A stretch of 64,000 bases of DNA, from the NCBI GenBank assembly GCA_964016885.1, contig OZ024755.1, forward strand, positions 43,152,001 through 43,216,000, read 5' to 3'. The notes beneath the pieces are model-generated. The model had not been told where the DNA came from. It searched no databases and saw nothing but the letters and a program-made list of their open reading frames with translations. The first letter of the stretch is position 1; the number at the start of each line of letters is the position of its first letter. Made by a program: the position numbers and the translations under genes. This document shows, in pieces, positions 63,801-64,000 of this stretch. The stretch is from Eledone cirrhosa (Eukaryota).

Positions 63801-64000
63801 TTAGGATAGCTTAGCTTAGCTTAGCTTAGGATAGATTAGCTTAGCTTAGCTTAGGATAGCTTAGCTTAGCTTAGCTTAGGTAGCTTAGCTTAGCTTAGCT
63901 TAGGATAGCTTAGCTTAGCTTAGCTTAGGATAGCTTAGGATAGCTTAGCTTAGGATAGCTTAGGATAGCTTACCTTAGGAGAGCTTAGCTTAGGATAGCT

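Larger units (their letters stand above)
1..64000. repeat. Compound pentanucleotide satellite array, (GATAG-(CTTAG)n)m; reverse complement CTAAG/CTATC; runs off both window ends
   Basis: Every line parses into CTTAG and GATAG units or near variants (GAAAG, GTTAG, CATAG, CTTGG, CTTCG, TTTAG, ATTAG, GAGAG, GTAG etc.). No non-repeat sequence and no orientation switch seen. Confidence 0.99.

Noticed and set aside
1-64000. Protein-coding ORFs on either strand
   Set aside because: On +, TAG recurs every 5 bp and cycles through all frames. On -, every CTTAG unit gives TAA, and only short runs of the 15-bp pattern leave one frame briefly open (KLSYP-type). ATG occurs only in rare variants.
1-64000. 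CRISPR array or other repeat-spacer system
   Set aside because: There are no unique spacers. Everything between GATAG units is CTTAG copies, and no cas genes or leader are present.
1-64000. Immunoglobulin switch region (AGCT-rich pentamer repeats, AID hotspots)
   Set aside because: AGCT density is very high, but known switch regions are only about 1-12 kb, mammalian ones contain G-runs such as GGGGT or GGGCT, and they are flanked by I and C exons. None of this is seen.
1-64000. Binary or run-length 'code', or synthetic data-storage DNA
   Set aside because: The pattern is explained by nested duplications, slippage and inherited point variants. Nothing indicates designed or read-out information.
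1-64000. Canonical telomere tract or G-quadruplex array
   Set aside because: TTAGG is not arranged in tandem runs, and GG pairs are isolated and at least 10 bp apart in the canonical pattern. The weaker variant-origin idea is kept as a speculative finding only.
1-64000. Transposon insertion, GATA-factor enhancer or other regulatory element
   Set aside because: No non-satellite sequence or target-site duplication was seen. The GATA cores are in a GGATAG context, not the WGATAR consensus.
47000-64000. A regular 32-kb periodicity continuing through the second half
   Set aside because: Offsets between the two large copies change from 32.1 kb to about 18-24 kb, and I could not trace colinear markers beyond about 47 kb. 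It is one diverged duplication, not a fixed period.

Overview
The whole 64 kb is one uninterrupted, single-orientation simple satellite array. It is built from two pentamers, CTTAG (major) and GATAG (minor), arranged as GATAG-(CTTAG)n with n usually 1-4, plus sparse point-variant units. Both units are 40% GC. I found no unique-sequence island, transposon, gene, RNA gene or CRISPR array. The + strand has a TAG stop in nearly every pentamer, so all three frames close about every 15 bp, and the - strand carries TAA in every CTTAG unit. The informative signal is hidden higher-order structure, which I traced by eye using rare variant units as barcodes. It comprises a large colinear duplication (about 1-29 kb vs about 32.1-47 kb, initial offset exactly 32,112 bp), nested recent tandem duplications (1,495, 3,603, 1,840/1,595, 1,685 and 2,798 bp), an older ~2 kb repeat unit, and a 25-bp sub-period. 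All 22 phase shifts I located are the same 4-bp unit, GTAG. The DNA is most likely eukaryotic heterochromatic, (peri)centromeric or subtelomeric, but organism and chromosomal location cannot be determined from the sequence. No new protein-coding system is supported. Positions and counts are manual and need computational confirmation.
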